Both the position numbers and the translations under genes were made by a program. From the NCBI GenBank assembly GCA_013115145.1, contig JAAPAO010000141.1:1-64000 (forward strand): a stretch of DNA of 64,000 nucleotides, written 5' to 3'. The notes under the pieces were generated by a model, which was not told the origin of the DNA, did not search any database, and saw only the letters and a list, made by a program, of their open reading frames with translations. Origin of the DNA: Perkinsus chesapeaki ATCC PRA-425. Lineage: Eukaryota > Protista > Perkinsozoa. Of the stretch, positions 28,709 through 41,099 are shown in pieces. Every line of letters begins with the position of its first letter. Positions within the stretch are counted from its first letter, which is position 1.

Positions 28709-31700
28709 ATGATGCGACAAAGTGAACAATTGATAGGGAATGCTCGACGGTCGGGGGGCAAGAGGTCACGCCGACGACGACCAAGTCGGTCTCGAAGTGT
28801 TGCTGGACTTAATGATAATTCAAAAACGACGACAATGAATAGACTGGAAAAAATACAAGAACAATTGGAGTTTTATGTAAGTATCTTAGGTTGAACCATG
28901 CAAGATACGAAATGGGTTCATTTTTTTAGTTCTCGGATGCGAATCTCCGTCGAGACCGCTATATCACTGAGGAGCTTGCACAACGAGATGTGCAAGGTGA
29001 CGGTCAGCCTTGGGTGCCAATCGATGATATAATTGAATGGGGAGAGCTCAGAAAGTTAGGGTAAGAGTCACGCGCCGCAAAATTAAAAAAGTGATCCTGG
29101 TTTTTCAAGTTCGGTGGGATTTTGTGAAATTAAATTTCCGAAAAAACTAGATGTATTTTTGCAAAGAGAACCTTTAGAAAATTGCAACTTCTCGGTAGCA
29201 TCATAAATCATGTTTCAGATGCACCGATACAGAGCTACTCGCAGCTATTAATAACAGTGAAGTGCTCGAACTAAGTGAGAGAGAGTAAGCAGCATATCTT
29301 TACGCACTGTAAAGATTTTTATGCTTTAGTGGCAAGCGCTACGTGAGCCGTAATTTCCGACTCTACCCGATGTTGGGGAACATTGTTATCGATGGGCAAG
29401 TCGCCGATTTCGAACGGCGGACGGTTTACATGGAAAATTTGCCGTTCAATGTTAATAGGGAGATGATGAGTAAGCGAGAAGAGTTGGGGAACAATAACCC
29501 AGTGATAGATAGTTCGATCGATCGGATACTTACATAGAACTATATTTGAAATGCATTAAAATTTCCGGGCCAATTTCAAGAGAGCGGTCACTTGTTTAAG
29601 CCGGTAATTATTGCAGTCTGGTTGCCTCCAAGGCTGGTCAACACACTTAGAGAAATTAGTCGTAGAAGATCCAGTAAAGGAGCCCGAAGCTCTGAATAAA
29701 CGGATATCTTTTCGCCGTGTTCTTTCTTCAGAAAGCGTGGCGTCCGGTGAAAAGTTCGGATTTGCTGTGACGGTTGATTATATCGCATTACCGAGTCATC
29801 CTCGAACGGGTAGGAGAGTAATGCATGGTGCCGGGATTGAACCCGGGTGGTGGTTTTCAGGTGTCAATCTAGGGTATTGTTTTGTTGAATATAATACAGA
29901 GGAGGAAGCACGGACAGCAAAGCGACAGTTAGACGGTAAGTTTGAGGAACTAGGAAAGATATTTTTGAGGTTGGAAATATATTACCCGTATACTCGTAGG
30001 TAACGTAGGGTTTTGGAAGTATTGTGATCTACCGTATGCTATATCACTTGGTATTGTATCATCCCCATGTTATGATTTTTTACCACGTTCGGTGGGTGTT
30101 GTCTCGAATAAAAGGCCGGCTTGGACAAAGCTACACTCATTTTCCACCGTCCCATTAGCTACGGAAATGTCTCTTGCAAAGCGTAAATGTATTGGTGATT
30201 TATTGGGTTATTTATTCGACTTTTATGGTACAAATAGATCGTTTTCCTACTGTTATTTAAACCAAGCTATGTTCGAAGCTTGTTAAACACTTTTAGACTT
30301 CATTTTTATTTGATCAGGCAAGTGGCCTAAAGACTGGGAGATCAGATCTGACGGTCGAAGGTTGAGGGTTATTACAGGTGGAAAATTTAGATATTTGCGA
30401 GAGTTATATTACAAGTAAAATGCCAAGGGCGGGGATCGAACCAGGGACCTCTTGGATGTTAGGGCGAAGAATGTGAATAAGATTGATAACCACCACTCAT
30501 ATGCGGATACATTCGATCCTAGCAAATGGCTTGTCCCTGACATTGACGGGTAGGCGTGGGTTCGATCCCGGCACCTGTCATTTTAATTATAGGAGATCTG
30601 AAGATAGCACTAGTACCGTTCCACCGTCTGGGCAAGTACGAGACGAAGATGGTCGGAAACGACGGAAAATGGAACCGAATGAAAGTAGGGAAAGTAGTTG
30701 CGATTGGAAGAAAATATTTTGCTCAAGTTGAATCGCCGGAGGATTCGTGCAGTTCTTCTTCTGCCCACATAACGATTAGCTCTTCCTCGACTTCAAGTGA
30801 TACCGAATCCTCATCCTCTTCATCGAGTTCGTCAAGTAGCTCATCTTCTGACACCTCTAGCTGTACCTCTTCGACCGACTCGGACACCCAATATGGTGCG
30901 GGTGTGGTGCCAAAACCACAGGATGATATTTTCAGCTATGCCGATACGGTAAGTTGGATTTTTGAAGAAGAGGAATTGTCGCCATTCTTTTTCAGAATGA
31001 GAAGATTAAACAGGAAGTCCCTTCAGTAATACGAAAGCTTTCGGTAGGTGGCACGAAATCGATCAATCGGGCGAGCGCTTTTTACACTCAGTTATTGCAT
31101 GTAAGCGGATTGCCGCCGGTGAGTTTACTGCAACTTCGTCAATGGATGGGGCATAGTACAGTGACACAGCACGTCGATATACGGCCGCCGAAAGGAGGTA
31201 GGTTTGGCAGAGGTCGTGGGTTCGATCTCCGCCGAGGGTATTTTTCAGATCGCGGAGGAAATAATTGGGAAGCTTATATAAGATTGCGGAGCAAAAAAGA
31301 ACGAGACTTCGCTGCTATGGATCTGAGGTAAGAAAGATATTTCTTAGGTTAGAAAATGATCAAGTTATTGCTCAGCAACACGGGGCCTTTGTTGACTGTG
31401 AACGGCTCTGTTCGACCTGTAATTAACAAGCTTGATGGAGCGGAGTGCGCGGTATACTGGAAGGAGGTAGGAGTCAGAGGATATCTTGGGTACCTACTCG
31501 CGACGATAGGAAATTATATATTCGACGTTCCCACTGCGCACCGCAAGGGGGACAATTTGTGTGATACTGTGATTCTGAGTAGTAATAAGTATTACTCCTC
31601 CTCGCCGAGTTTTTCACCGAATCATTATTGGGATATACCAATGGTGACGCGAGAATGCTAAATTTTCCGGAATTTTCCCCGTACATTTTCAGGAAGATTT

Positions 31701-32596
31701 ATTTCTCCGCCGACATGTGGTCTGTGCACGTAACAATAATTTATCTATTCTTCCGGGTGCGCAAAGATACGTCTCACAGGTGATGGCAATGAAGAAGGAG
31801 AACAGAGAGGCACCACCGGCAGCAATACCATCGAGAAGATTCAAACCGGCAAAAGAATCTGTCCACATCGTGAGTCGAACCTGCGACCTTTAGGGTGAAA
31901 TGTATGGATGTTATCTATTCAGCCATTTCCGCGGCTTACGGGCGGTCCGCGAGGAAGCGATGATGACGGTGCTGGCGGTAAGCCAACGGCGTGGACGGAC
32001 GCTGCCAGCGGGAATAAGGAATGGAGGCAACCAGGAACCGGAAAGCTGTGAGTTTAAAAATGACATGTGCCGGGATTGAACCTGCGTGGCTGTTGTTTTC
32101 AGATACGGTCTTAGCCAGACAGAGCGTCGATGTGCAGCACATCTGGAAAGGGTTGGCATTCAATCGCTTGTTGATAGGATGCGGTTGCAGCAGCAGCCAC
32201 CACCGAGAGGCAGGCGGAGACCAGCAGGAGGGAGCATTGCAGGTGGTGAGACAAAAACGCTGTTAACTGGGAGTGATTGGCAGCTTTGTTGGACAAACCC
32301 CTCAACATTTTGTGGCGCGTGAGAACTACAAGTTGTGTACCATCTCGCAGCTTCGTATGCTGATGATACATTTTAAACGATATTCAGCGAACTTCAGTAG
32401 ATCTGCTGATACACGGTGGTATCATACATGATTCTCGCGCGCCACGAAATGGGTAACTGCATTACTGTCAGGAAGCATTCGTACAGGGCTCTCGGCTAGG
32501 ACTCAGCGTCGGAGCGGAGGGCCGGCTCGGTTTCCAGGACCGATCATGGCCTCGGGAACAGATGTGCGTCATCAAGGTGGACGATATAAACGGTGA
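28709..32596 (+). CDS. La-related protein, LARP7/p65-like (La motif + RRM + C-terminal xRRM); 3' end approximate
   Basis: KIQEQLEFY|FSDANLRRDRY (La motif); RTVYMENLPF and HPRTG|VNLGYCFVEYNTEEEA (RRM RNP2/RNP1); HVSGLP...HVDIRP...EAYIRL...KLDGAECAVYWKE (xRRM-type YW helix). Confidence 0.82.
29810..29860 (-). other. La-protein intron (51 nt) carrying a tRNA-Gly-like 3' end, antisense
   Basis: Reverse complement CCGGG TTCAATC CCGGC ACCATGC A; splicing creates RNP1 G|VNLGYCFVEY. Confidence 0.88.
30415..30522 (-). other. Intron (108 nt) carrying a tRNA-Phe/Cys-like 3' half + terminator, antisense; donor GTAAAA
   Basis: Reverse complement CCAAGAGGTC CCTGG TTCGATC CCCGC CCTTGGC A TTTT AC. Confidence 0.82.
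30550..30592 (+). other. Intron (43 nt) composed almost entirely of a tRNA-Leu-like 3' end + terminator, sense
   Basis: GTAGGC GTGGG TTCGATC CCGGC ACCTGTC A TTTT aattatag; splicing restores PDIDG|RSEDS. Confidence 0.85.
31198..31248 (+). other. Intron (51 nt) carrying a tRNA 3' half + terminator that serves as the pyrimidine tract, sense
   Basis: gt...GAGGTC GTGGG TTCGATC TCCGC CGAGGGT A TTTTT cag; splicing restores PKG|DRGG. Confidence 0.87.
31870..31922 (-). other. Intron (~53 nt) carrying a B-box element, antisense
   Basis: Reverse complement CTAAAGGTC GCAGG TTCGACT CAC; an alternative in-frame donor at 31861 would include the full 3' end. Confidence 0.72.
32048..32102 (-). other. Intron (55 nt) carrying a tRNA 3' end + terminator, antisense
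   Basis: Reverse complement GCAGG TTCAATC CCGGC ACATGTC A TTTTT. Confidence 0.82.
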
Positions 32597-32725
32597 TGTG
32601 CATGCGTGCAGATTTACGTATTTCATACCGACTTTTCCTCAGACGTTTGCGGAATCATCTCGTAATGCAATTGATTCGGTCGAAAAAACCTATCCCGCCT
32701 AGTAGCAGATTTACAGCACAGGTAT

Positions 32726-33552
32726 ATGGGCGTTGAGGAAATGTAAGATTTGGTAAGATGGCAAGATTTCAGGATTATCTGGCGGCCGAGAGATCATTGA
32801 CTTGGCGACGAGCGAGGGACGGATTGTCTGGCGAACGCAAGAGAGATGATGTGAGATTGGTAAAAGTGGAAAATAGGCGATAGGGATGGCGCAGGTTCGA
32901 TCCCGGGAGAAGGCATTTTTAGGAGAATCTTCTCCCAGTAAATCAGTTGTTCGTAGCCCAAATGGATATAGTCAGCAAGGAGAGGTAACGAACAAGCGAC
33001 GCGGGTTCGATCCCGGCATCTCACACTTTTAGGGAGCGCTATCTGAGTCTGTGATTGGGTCTAGAAAACGAAGACAATCGTGGGAAGGTCAGCGAGGGTC
33101 CAATCGACCGAGGAAGAGACAACGCCGCAGTGGGCAGAAGAAGAATAGTGCAAATCCGGGGTGGGATTTCACGTTAGACCGGATGGCTTCGTTATGGGAG
33201 CCTCTCATTCATTTATGGGGACATTTATGGGGCTTGTGTCTGAAGAGAGCGCAGTTTCAAGTCTAATGTCTCGGTAGCCAGAATAAATAGCTATGTTGTG
33301 AGGATCGCGAACATTCATCGGAGTTTTCTCCCTGTGTCCGCTGACATGTACATTGTTGGAGGGTCGATATTTATTCTGACACCTCTAGCTGTTTATTTTA
33401 GACCCGCAAGATTGACTGTGGAGGCAGCAGAGGCCGGTGAAACGAGGCAGGCGACGAGAGCGAACGCTCGAACGAAGGGGAGAAGGGAGAGAAGGAAGAA
33501 GCAACAAACAGCGATTCAGGAGGAAAAGCTGAACCGGCAACGATTGTTCTAG
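32726..33552 (+). CDS. Hypothetical basic protein (reading frame across exons uncertain)
   Basis: Several short exons separated by GT-AG introns; Arg/Lys-rich 3' exons. Confidence 0.4.
32851..32922 (+). other. Intron (72 nt) carrying a tRNA 3' end + terminator at the acceptor, sense
   Basis: GGC GCAGG TTCGATC CCGGG AGAAGGC A TTTTT ag. Confidence 0.8.
32985..33032 (+). other. Intron (48 nt) carrying a tRNA-Ala-like 3' end, sense
   Basis: GAC GCGGG TTCGATC CCGGC ATCTCAC A CTTTT ag. Confidence 0.8.
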
Positions 33553-34669
33553 TTGTGCACTTTTTACAGTTTCTATTAATCATTATCATCATCATACTGT
33601 GTTGCTACTTCGTTCAATAATAAAAGTAAAGTCTATTGTATATTCTACTCGACAGAGACAACTGAGCGGGGGCGAGTAGAACCTTAACTTATTTCCTATC
33701 GATAAGAGTAACAAGTTACTAGGGCAGTGTTTGCCGGTAAGGTAATTGTGATGCAAACTCAGAGCCAGTGTTAAAGAACTTGGCGAATTGGTGAAGAAAT
33801 TCAGCGCCCAATAGATCCCGAAGGTCGGATGGTGTTCGACCTGTATAGTCGCTGGTGATTTCATACGACTGGAGGCCTTAGACAGGAAATGTGTTTGGAA
33901 TCCTGGTTTCAGTAAACTGTGTACTCGGTCGGGTATATAGTGTTATATAGATGATTATAACGAGACCTATTGCCTACCATTTTGTTATTATCAGTTTGCT
34001 GTTAAGTGTGATTAGTACAACTACCTCTATGTAAAATGAGTAACAATACTTCTTATAATTCAAAGGCGTTCGGTTCGCATCTACAGCGTTTTAAGTGTCG
34101 TATCATCGCCTGCTTGATTGAACCAGAACTGCACCGTTTAAATACGTTGGATTGAGTTGTCTTTTGTATTGCAGGCCGCTTGAAGGAACGAGTTCTCTAT
34201 AAATAGATACTTAGTCTGTCGATGTGTTAACCAAGTCATCTTAGAATCATTTCTTACTGCTATATCACTCCTACATGTTAGTGGTTTGTCTTTAATGTTT
34301 CTGAGGGTCTGTTTCCTTCATTCTTCTTCTTCATCATCAACTGCTATGATATCCCCACTAACTCCAGTGTCGAGGGTTGGATATCGAAGGATATACAGAG
34401 GTCAGTGATACAAGGAAGCTACTCTAGCTCCGTCAACATCTGCAGTCCCTACTTCTGATTTCATCGTCCTCCATAGCAGAGCTTCTCTTTGCTGCTCACA
34501 CCTACTCTTCTCTACTGTAGTCCCACGTTGGTTTTTATACGGAAGGCCTTCCCGTATTTTGCAAACCACGCTGCCACACGTATCCTAGTTATTTGTATTT
34601 TATGCTTTCTACTCGATAGCTCTTTAGAATCCTAATCGTTCCACTATCGCGGGTATCTTCAATGTTACC

Positions 34670-37600
34670 ATGGGAAGGACTGTAGCGTTTCGTGTGTTCG
34701 CCATCCGCGCGTAGGTGTTGCCAACAATTTACTCTTTAGCATCCTCAAGATTCCAAGCCCAGATGCATCCTTCTGAAGCTCGACCGCCGAAGTTCATAAT
34801 ACCACCGTTCGAAGGAGACTATAAAAAAGTATATAAACATATGTGGAGGACCTTTAGGGTGAGAAGTGGGGACAAAGGGAAGTCAATCGATGCCTTGGAG
34901 CGTTTCATTGGTAACTATTATTATGGTACATTCATGCTTATCAATACCGCCTTCCTATGCTTTATTTCTCGGAAGTTCTCCACAATTATCTTCAATTCTT
35001 GCATCCTATAGTTTCAGGAACGTAAGAAGCTTCGTCTCGGCGTACTTTGCAATCCGCCTCATGGAGCTGCCAGTGAGCTTCCCGACCCGAAGGTGCTCAG
35101 GGATTGTAAGGCGCAGGTTCGATTCCCGGTATTGGCATTTTTAATAACAGATGAAGTGGCCCCGACATGCTATAGAGCAGCTGAGAGCCAGATTGTCGAT
35201 GATGAGTTTTGGCTGCAAATGTGTGAGAGGATACGTAAAAGCAAGGACACCTTATCTGTATCGGACATTGCTGCGGTGAGTGGGGGGACACGTCCAGATG
35301 CTCCCCGAAGGGGGAGGAGGGGGACTGCATTTTTTCATTATCACATTTCCACATCAGCCATTGATGATAACATTTCTGTGAAGCCGGTGAATCACTGAAT
35401 ATATACCCGCTACTGTCTGGAAGAAAATTGAGAGAATTCTCGTCGAGTTTTCGCATCACAGATTTCCCTATGGCGGTGCTTATACCAACACTTACTATTT
35501 TAATAAGGGGACGACGACACTCCTTCTCACATACTGAAGCATACTTGAGCCAGGAGGAAGGCTTTACTGGAAGTGTTGTTAATCTTCGCTCTTCACTATG
35601 GCTTTCTGTTGAAAACGTTATACAATTTCCTGCTTATTTAAGTTAGTAAAGTTGACTCGTTTTATCAGATATTGGATTCGCTTGTCATGGTCAACTATCG
35701 TGACACCGATCTGATGAGGATATTAAGTCGGGAAATAATAGATGATATGTTTAAGCTCACCTTCACCGAAGCTGCAGTAATTGATAAAATCTTTATAGCG
35801 CGTAATGGCGTATCTTTCAGGTCATAGTGAATGCATATAGTACATTTAATTGTGAATCGAAACCTCTCTTGGACGCAGCAGTAAAACACTGTCATGCTTT
35901 AGCAGCAATGAACAGGAAAGGAAATGATGTTAGAAGTTGTGCGGTGAGTTGAAGGGTAATTGGTATATACCGTATCATCATTCTCAAGTACCCGGATTCC
36001 TAAAACCACGATAAATGGTTCGGGTCTCTTAGGTTTTACTCTCTGGTTTGGCGCGGTTCAAACCTGAGAATGCAAAGGAGTTGGTAGAAGTGATACTCTC
36101 ATCAACAGCATTGAATGCAGCAGAAGGCGGTAGGTGTCGGGATCGAACCTGGGACCTTTCGATTACGAGTGCTTATCAGGCCTTACCGATCTGGCATCGA
36201 TTATTTCTAGTGCGGCTCGACTGCTCACCGAGGAGGGACAAACTACTGTGAAGGACGTCGAGGAGAGCGTACTAGCTGATATAAGTAAGCATCACATGCG
36301 GGGATCGAACCAGGGACCTTCCGATTCTCAGATTCGATTCTCGATCGGATATGTCTTTCATCCCCCGAAAGCCTTTACAGTGCGGCGAGCGCTTTCCATA
36401 CGTTAACCTTATTTGATGGGATTGTTAAAGATACCCCCGAGATGATGGAAGCAGCTTCGAGAAACGTAACCAACTCGAACGCACAGCGCTTCAATTTCAT
36501 CTCGATAGTTCCTGGTTGCGCTGGAGCGAGATCCGAATGCTTTACGAAGCACAGTACCCGGACCGATGCCGAAACTGCGGCTCAATAAACAAGTATAAGT
36601 TTGCGTCATAGCGCGGTTATACTATCCTGCCAGCCGCCTGCTCGACGAGATCCTCCTGAGGGGCCGGAGGAGTTGATGAGAGTTGGGTTCAGCGCTGAGA
36701 GGGCTGATGAGGAGGATGTGGATGGTATGAATGTTGAGCTAGAAGCTGAAAACGAAACGGAACAACAACAAGGCGAGGAGGTGAGCGGCAGCAGCTACTG
36801 TGTAGATATGGTATTGGAAATGAAGAGGCTTATTGCACCATTGGAGAGTCACTCTTTCAGTCGGTGAACGAATCATCGGAATATTCGCCTTCGTTGAACT
36901 ATTACCTAGAGAACCTCATTATAGTAACAATAGCACTCGAGTACTATGACGAAATTATGTTATGAAACAATTATAGAACGCCACAGGACAGCTCATCCAG
37001 CAGGCTCCAGTTACTACGTACTCCTCGAAGTGTAATTCAGGTTGTAGTTGAGGGCATGTCCGTCCTTGATGCCACATCGACAATGGGCCTTGGACAGGAG
37101 GATGAAGAAGAAGTTAAAGATGATGATATTATACTACATAAACTCCAACGAGAACGTAGCTTTGGTGAAAGGAAATACTTTATAACATCACGAGCAGGCA
37201 CGCCTCATTTAACTAATAAAAATAAACCAACCGCACCGATAGAATCGATTGCTGCTCGAAACAGAGTAGCTTCGGTTGTTGCAATTGCAGTTGGTAGTCT
37301 CGGTCGGATCTGGACCCAACTGAATAAGGACATTGAAGATCCAGACGAAAGCAAGAAAGAGGATGAGGTGATGGGTGAGTTTTCCAGGCAACTCTCGAAA
37401 GCTTCTAACTTTACTGTTTTCAGTGCCTCAGCGATTGGTGACGCCAGTTGAGACCGAGATGCTTGCGAAGTCTGAAGAAATTATAGCCTTTGGTTGCCCG
37501 GGGCTCACTTCGGCACAATTAGTGAACTGTTTTGAAACGTAAAAAGACAAAGTGTTTTTAGCTGCTGCCGTTTATTGCTGATTAGGTTAGCACTGCACAC

Positions 37601-37787
37601 GCCACACAAAACTCATCATCGAGTGCTAAATGCGATAAGCAATGAACTCGTGAGGAAATGGATACATTTGACGGCGGAGGAAATACGAAGACTAGAAAAA
37701 GGAATTGAAGCTTCCAAGCTGAGGAATCAACAATTATCATTCATGTTGAGAATGCATTCTAATAGACGTAAAATAGCAATGCCATGA
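34670..37787 (+). CDS. Multi-exon hypothetical alpha-helical repeat protein (HPR/RAP-like, presequence-like N-terminus)
   Basis: MGRTVAFRVFAIRA...; DEFWLQMCERIRKSKDTLSVSDIAA; LTDLASIISSAARL; HRVLNAISNELVRKWIHLTAEEIRRL; stop at 37787. Confidence 0.5.
35106..35150 (+). other. Intron (45 nt) composed of a tRNA 3' end + terminator, sense
   Basis: GTAAGGC GCAGG TTCGATT CCCGG TATTGGC A TTTTT aataacag. Confidence 0.85.
36130..36179 (-). other. Intron (50 nt) carrying a tRNA-Thr(CGT)-like 3' half, antisense
   Basis: Reverse complement CT CGT AA TCGAA AGGTC CCAGG TTCGATC CCGAC. Confidence 0.82.
36285..36331 (-). other. Intron (47 nt) carrying a tRNA 3' half, antisense
   Basis: Reverse complement CTGAGAA TCGGA AGGTC CCTGG TTCGATC CCCGC ATGTGAT G CTT AC. 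Confidence 0.82.
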
Positions 37788-38640
37788 TAATGATGTTGTT
37801 GGTCCAAGAAATGTTTCTGATATCATCTGATTTGATTTCTTCATTGAAGAGTTGAGAATTGTATCAAACGAATCCGATGCCGAACCGATAGATGCCATCA
37901 AACAATACAACACACCATCAACAATATTATAATTAGTAGTGTAGCAAAAATATATTATTGAGAGTATAACCACATTACAAATTGAGTCTATTATTGCATA
38001 CATCTCAAGAAGCTTCTAGCACCTATCACGAAATATAACGAGGCATTGACATCGCCATAGGTAATTGAATAATGAATATGGTTTATAATCGTTAAAAGTC
38101 CATTTCATCAAGTATTGTTACGGTACATAGAGTTAACCGAAACACATAATAAAAAGGAACAATGCTCATATGGAACAGCAAGGACAATAGTAATCCTGAA
38201 ATCTGGCCTCATGCTGCTGTCAAATGAGCTTTCGGTGCTGAACCCTTCTGGACACAACGCATTCGACTATTGCCAAAGGAGCTGTAATAGATAACATAAA
38301 TCGGACAAGAGAAAGTGTGTCAAAGCAACGATACAACCATACAATGTTGACGATACAATTTCCCTAGGGAGTGTTATCAAAGCGGATTATTACACCAATC
38401 AAGCAATGACGAGCTATCCCACTGCCAGACCTGTTCTATGACCAATTATAACAGCTATACAGGAGTAAATAGTGTACTTGATAGAAATACAAAGATTAAA
38501 GCTATAGCCTATTATTATAACTGATGATAACACAAGATATTATAAAGCAAGAGGATATCGCTTTCTAACCAACAGAGACAATTAACCATCATCAAACTGC
38601 TGTAGCTATTCCAACGCCAAAGCAAGCATCATCCCAGCGC

Positions 38641-38849
38641 TTATCGGTACCTATTAATAACAATAGTAATACACACTTTTGAGAATAATATTACTTGTGG
38701 AAACCAATATCGTTGGCCTTCTCCCTGAAGCACTGACGGCACATCATGAGACCGTACTTACGGATAAGACCGTGCTGGTTGGAGCATACACGGCATTGAC
38801 GAGAGCCAGGGCCGTAGTTACGGGGGCGAGTCATGTAGAGATCCGGCAT
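38641..38849 (-). CDS. RPS29: 40S ribosomal protein S29 (uS14), 54 aa, 2 exons
   Basis: Exons 38849..38695 and 38650..38641 encode [52 protein letters not shown]|YR*, with the CxxC...CxxC zinc motif. Confidence 0.97.
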
Positions 38850-38899
38850 AGTGATGGTAGTTGGCTAGCGAACTCTCTGATACAGCAATAAATAAGTCG

Positions 38900-40998
38900 A
38901 TAACCTACTATGTATCGAGCAAGCCTCAACCTCAGATACCACCTCCCCTTGACCTTCCCGATGTTCGAATACCATGCCCTATTCCCTCCCAAAGCTCCAA
39001 CGCACCGACGATCACCCGAGAGGCCTTCGAGCACGCCCTAGATGGAGCCAATCGATCGCGCTATAGCGGCAGAATTCTCGCTGAGTAAATGCAAGATTAC
39101 AAGATTTGTAGGCTCACCATGTGATCAATTCGGCGCATGACGATTCTTGTTGTTGAATGACCACTCCTTCATCTCGGTCTGTTATTGAGGACCTTCATCG
39201 TTCCCGAGGAAGGAGCTTTAATCGGCATAGGAATACCGAAAGGAGGCCGGTGAGTAGCTGCAGGAGTACCTATAACTAGGGAGATGCAAAAGCCGCCCCG
39301 AATTCCCTTAAAATGACGAGGGCTTGAGAGTGTCCAGTCTTATATGAAGTATTTTGTTATTAGAGTGCGAATCGTGGGGAGTTCCGCAGTGGCCCGGCTG
39401 ATGTATTACCACATGATGGGGAGCGAATGATGTAATAAATATAAATATAATAATATAATAGTCATTAATAGGGAACTGCCAGCTTATCGGCGAAGGAGAG
39501 CTGGAGGCAGGAATGTCTATTGTAATTCTGTATTAAGGGTTAATGTGTTATCGCTGTATTAGTGTATCCACAACCGGAGGCTTATGGTCGAGTGGCTGCT
39601 GCTTGTATCGGCGAATTTATAGATTTAGAGGAAATAAAAACTGGGTGGAACATAGTTAAAAACGGAGACAGAGATAGTTGTAGGGAGTATCTCAGCTTGA
39701 ATCGTGCAAGATACAGAATCGCTCAGATAAGGGTCCTGCTGCTGGACTTGTCGGTGGAGATCTGATCTCAGACGCAGTGTCAATCGAGAAGAAAGTGATG
39801 CAATAGCTTTGTCACGCGCCTAATAATTCCTCAGGTGCTCTACTTGACCGTTTGCGCCAATAACCTCGATTGTTATCTATTCTCATTTGGATGTGTAGTA
39901 GTCTGGGGAGCATCGGATAATCAAGTAAAACAACCCTCACTGGGATTAGAACCCACGGCCTTTTGCAGGTCGGCACGATACTTGACCTCGTTAAGCCATT
40001 AGTCCGTAAACCTCTAGCTCACCCGGAGCAAGACTTCATGCGTTACACCACTGAGGTGAGCCGAATTCCCTTTTCATAACATTAAAATTTGGTCAGCCTC
40101 CTGCAAGTGAAGACAACAATTCCGACACCCCTGGCGCAGCTGCTGCTGCTGGTCATCACCCATCTCGTCGTCCAATAGCACATGATAATATACGATTATC
40201 AGCATCGGGAGGCTGGAGGTTATAACACTCTCGAACATTTAGATAAACTATATTTCAGTTCTCTTATGGAGCGGCTGGCCCATAGCTACTCGTTGGCACA
40301 GAGTGTACGTGTTGATTCCTTCGAGACCATGTTAGATGGCGCCATTGAAAGTAGTAATGACAAATATAACATATTATTGAAGGATAGGGACAACTGATGT
40401 ACCCGAAAGAATGACACGTACAGGAACGGTTGGAATAAAAAAGAAAGAAGTTGCAAGACGAGTAAATATAAAACGACAATTCATGATAAATATTTTTAAC
40501 TATTCAGATGGGAAATTTATTTGTGCAAAGATGCGATTTGAACGTCTACAGTGATATACTTGGCACACCTGATGTGTTTTGGTGAGGGCAACAACCGGAT
40601 AGGAAGGATTGAGGAAAGGCAGGTTTTGGTAGGGACTTCGATGAATATGAAACTGTTTATGACAAATCAAGACGATATATGGACATCAACAGACGGGTGG
40701 AGATACTGAATCAGGTTAGTACAAGAATTCTTGCGGATAACCTCCTATCACCAATGAACTCAAGGGTTAAGCCAGTACACATTATATTACCATCTTATTA
40801 GCGTATGGAAGTACTGAACGATATGTATACGATGATTCAAGAGGAGCTACACGTCGCTCACGGTAACAAGCTCGAGGTGATGATGATGATGAGACTGTTT
40901 CATTTATTCTTATTCAGATTTGGGTCATCTGGCTCGTCGCTGTTGATGCTATTGTAATCGGCTTGGAACTGTTTCTCACGTATTGGCGCGAATTCTAA
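38900..40998 (+). CDS. RMD1/RMND1-like DUF155 protein (start codon uncertain)
   Basis: FSFGCVVVWG; ERLAHSYSLAQSVRVDSFETMLD; GNLFVQRCDLNVYSDILGTPDVFW; YMDINRRVEILNQ; MEVLNDMYTMIQEELHVAHGNKLE; WVIWLVAVDAIVIGLELF TM segment; stop at 40996-40998. Confidence 0.88.
39925..39968 (-). other. DUF155-gene intron (44 nt) carrying a tRNA 3' end + terminator, antisense; donor GTAAAA
   Basis: Reverse complement AAAGGCC GTGGG TTCTAAT CCCAG TGAGGGT TG TTTT AC; splicing restores WGASDNQ|VGTILDLV. Confidence 0.78.
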
Positions 40999-41099
40999 TC
41001 ATTTTATCAAATAATGTTTGTTTAGTTTATAAAACACAAAACATGAAATTTACGCAAATACCAACTGGAGCGACTTGCCAACATGTTCACGTGAATTCA

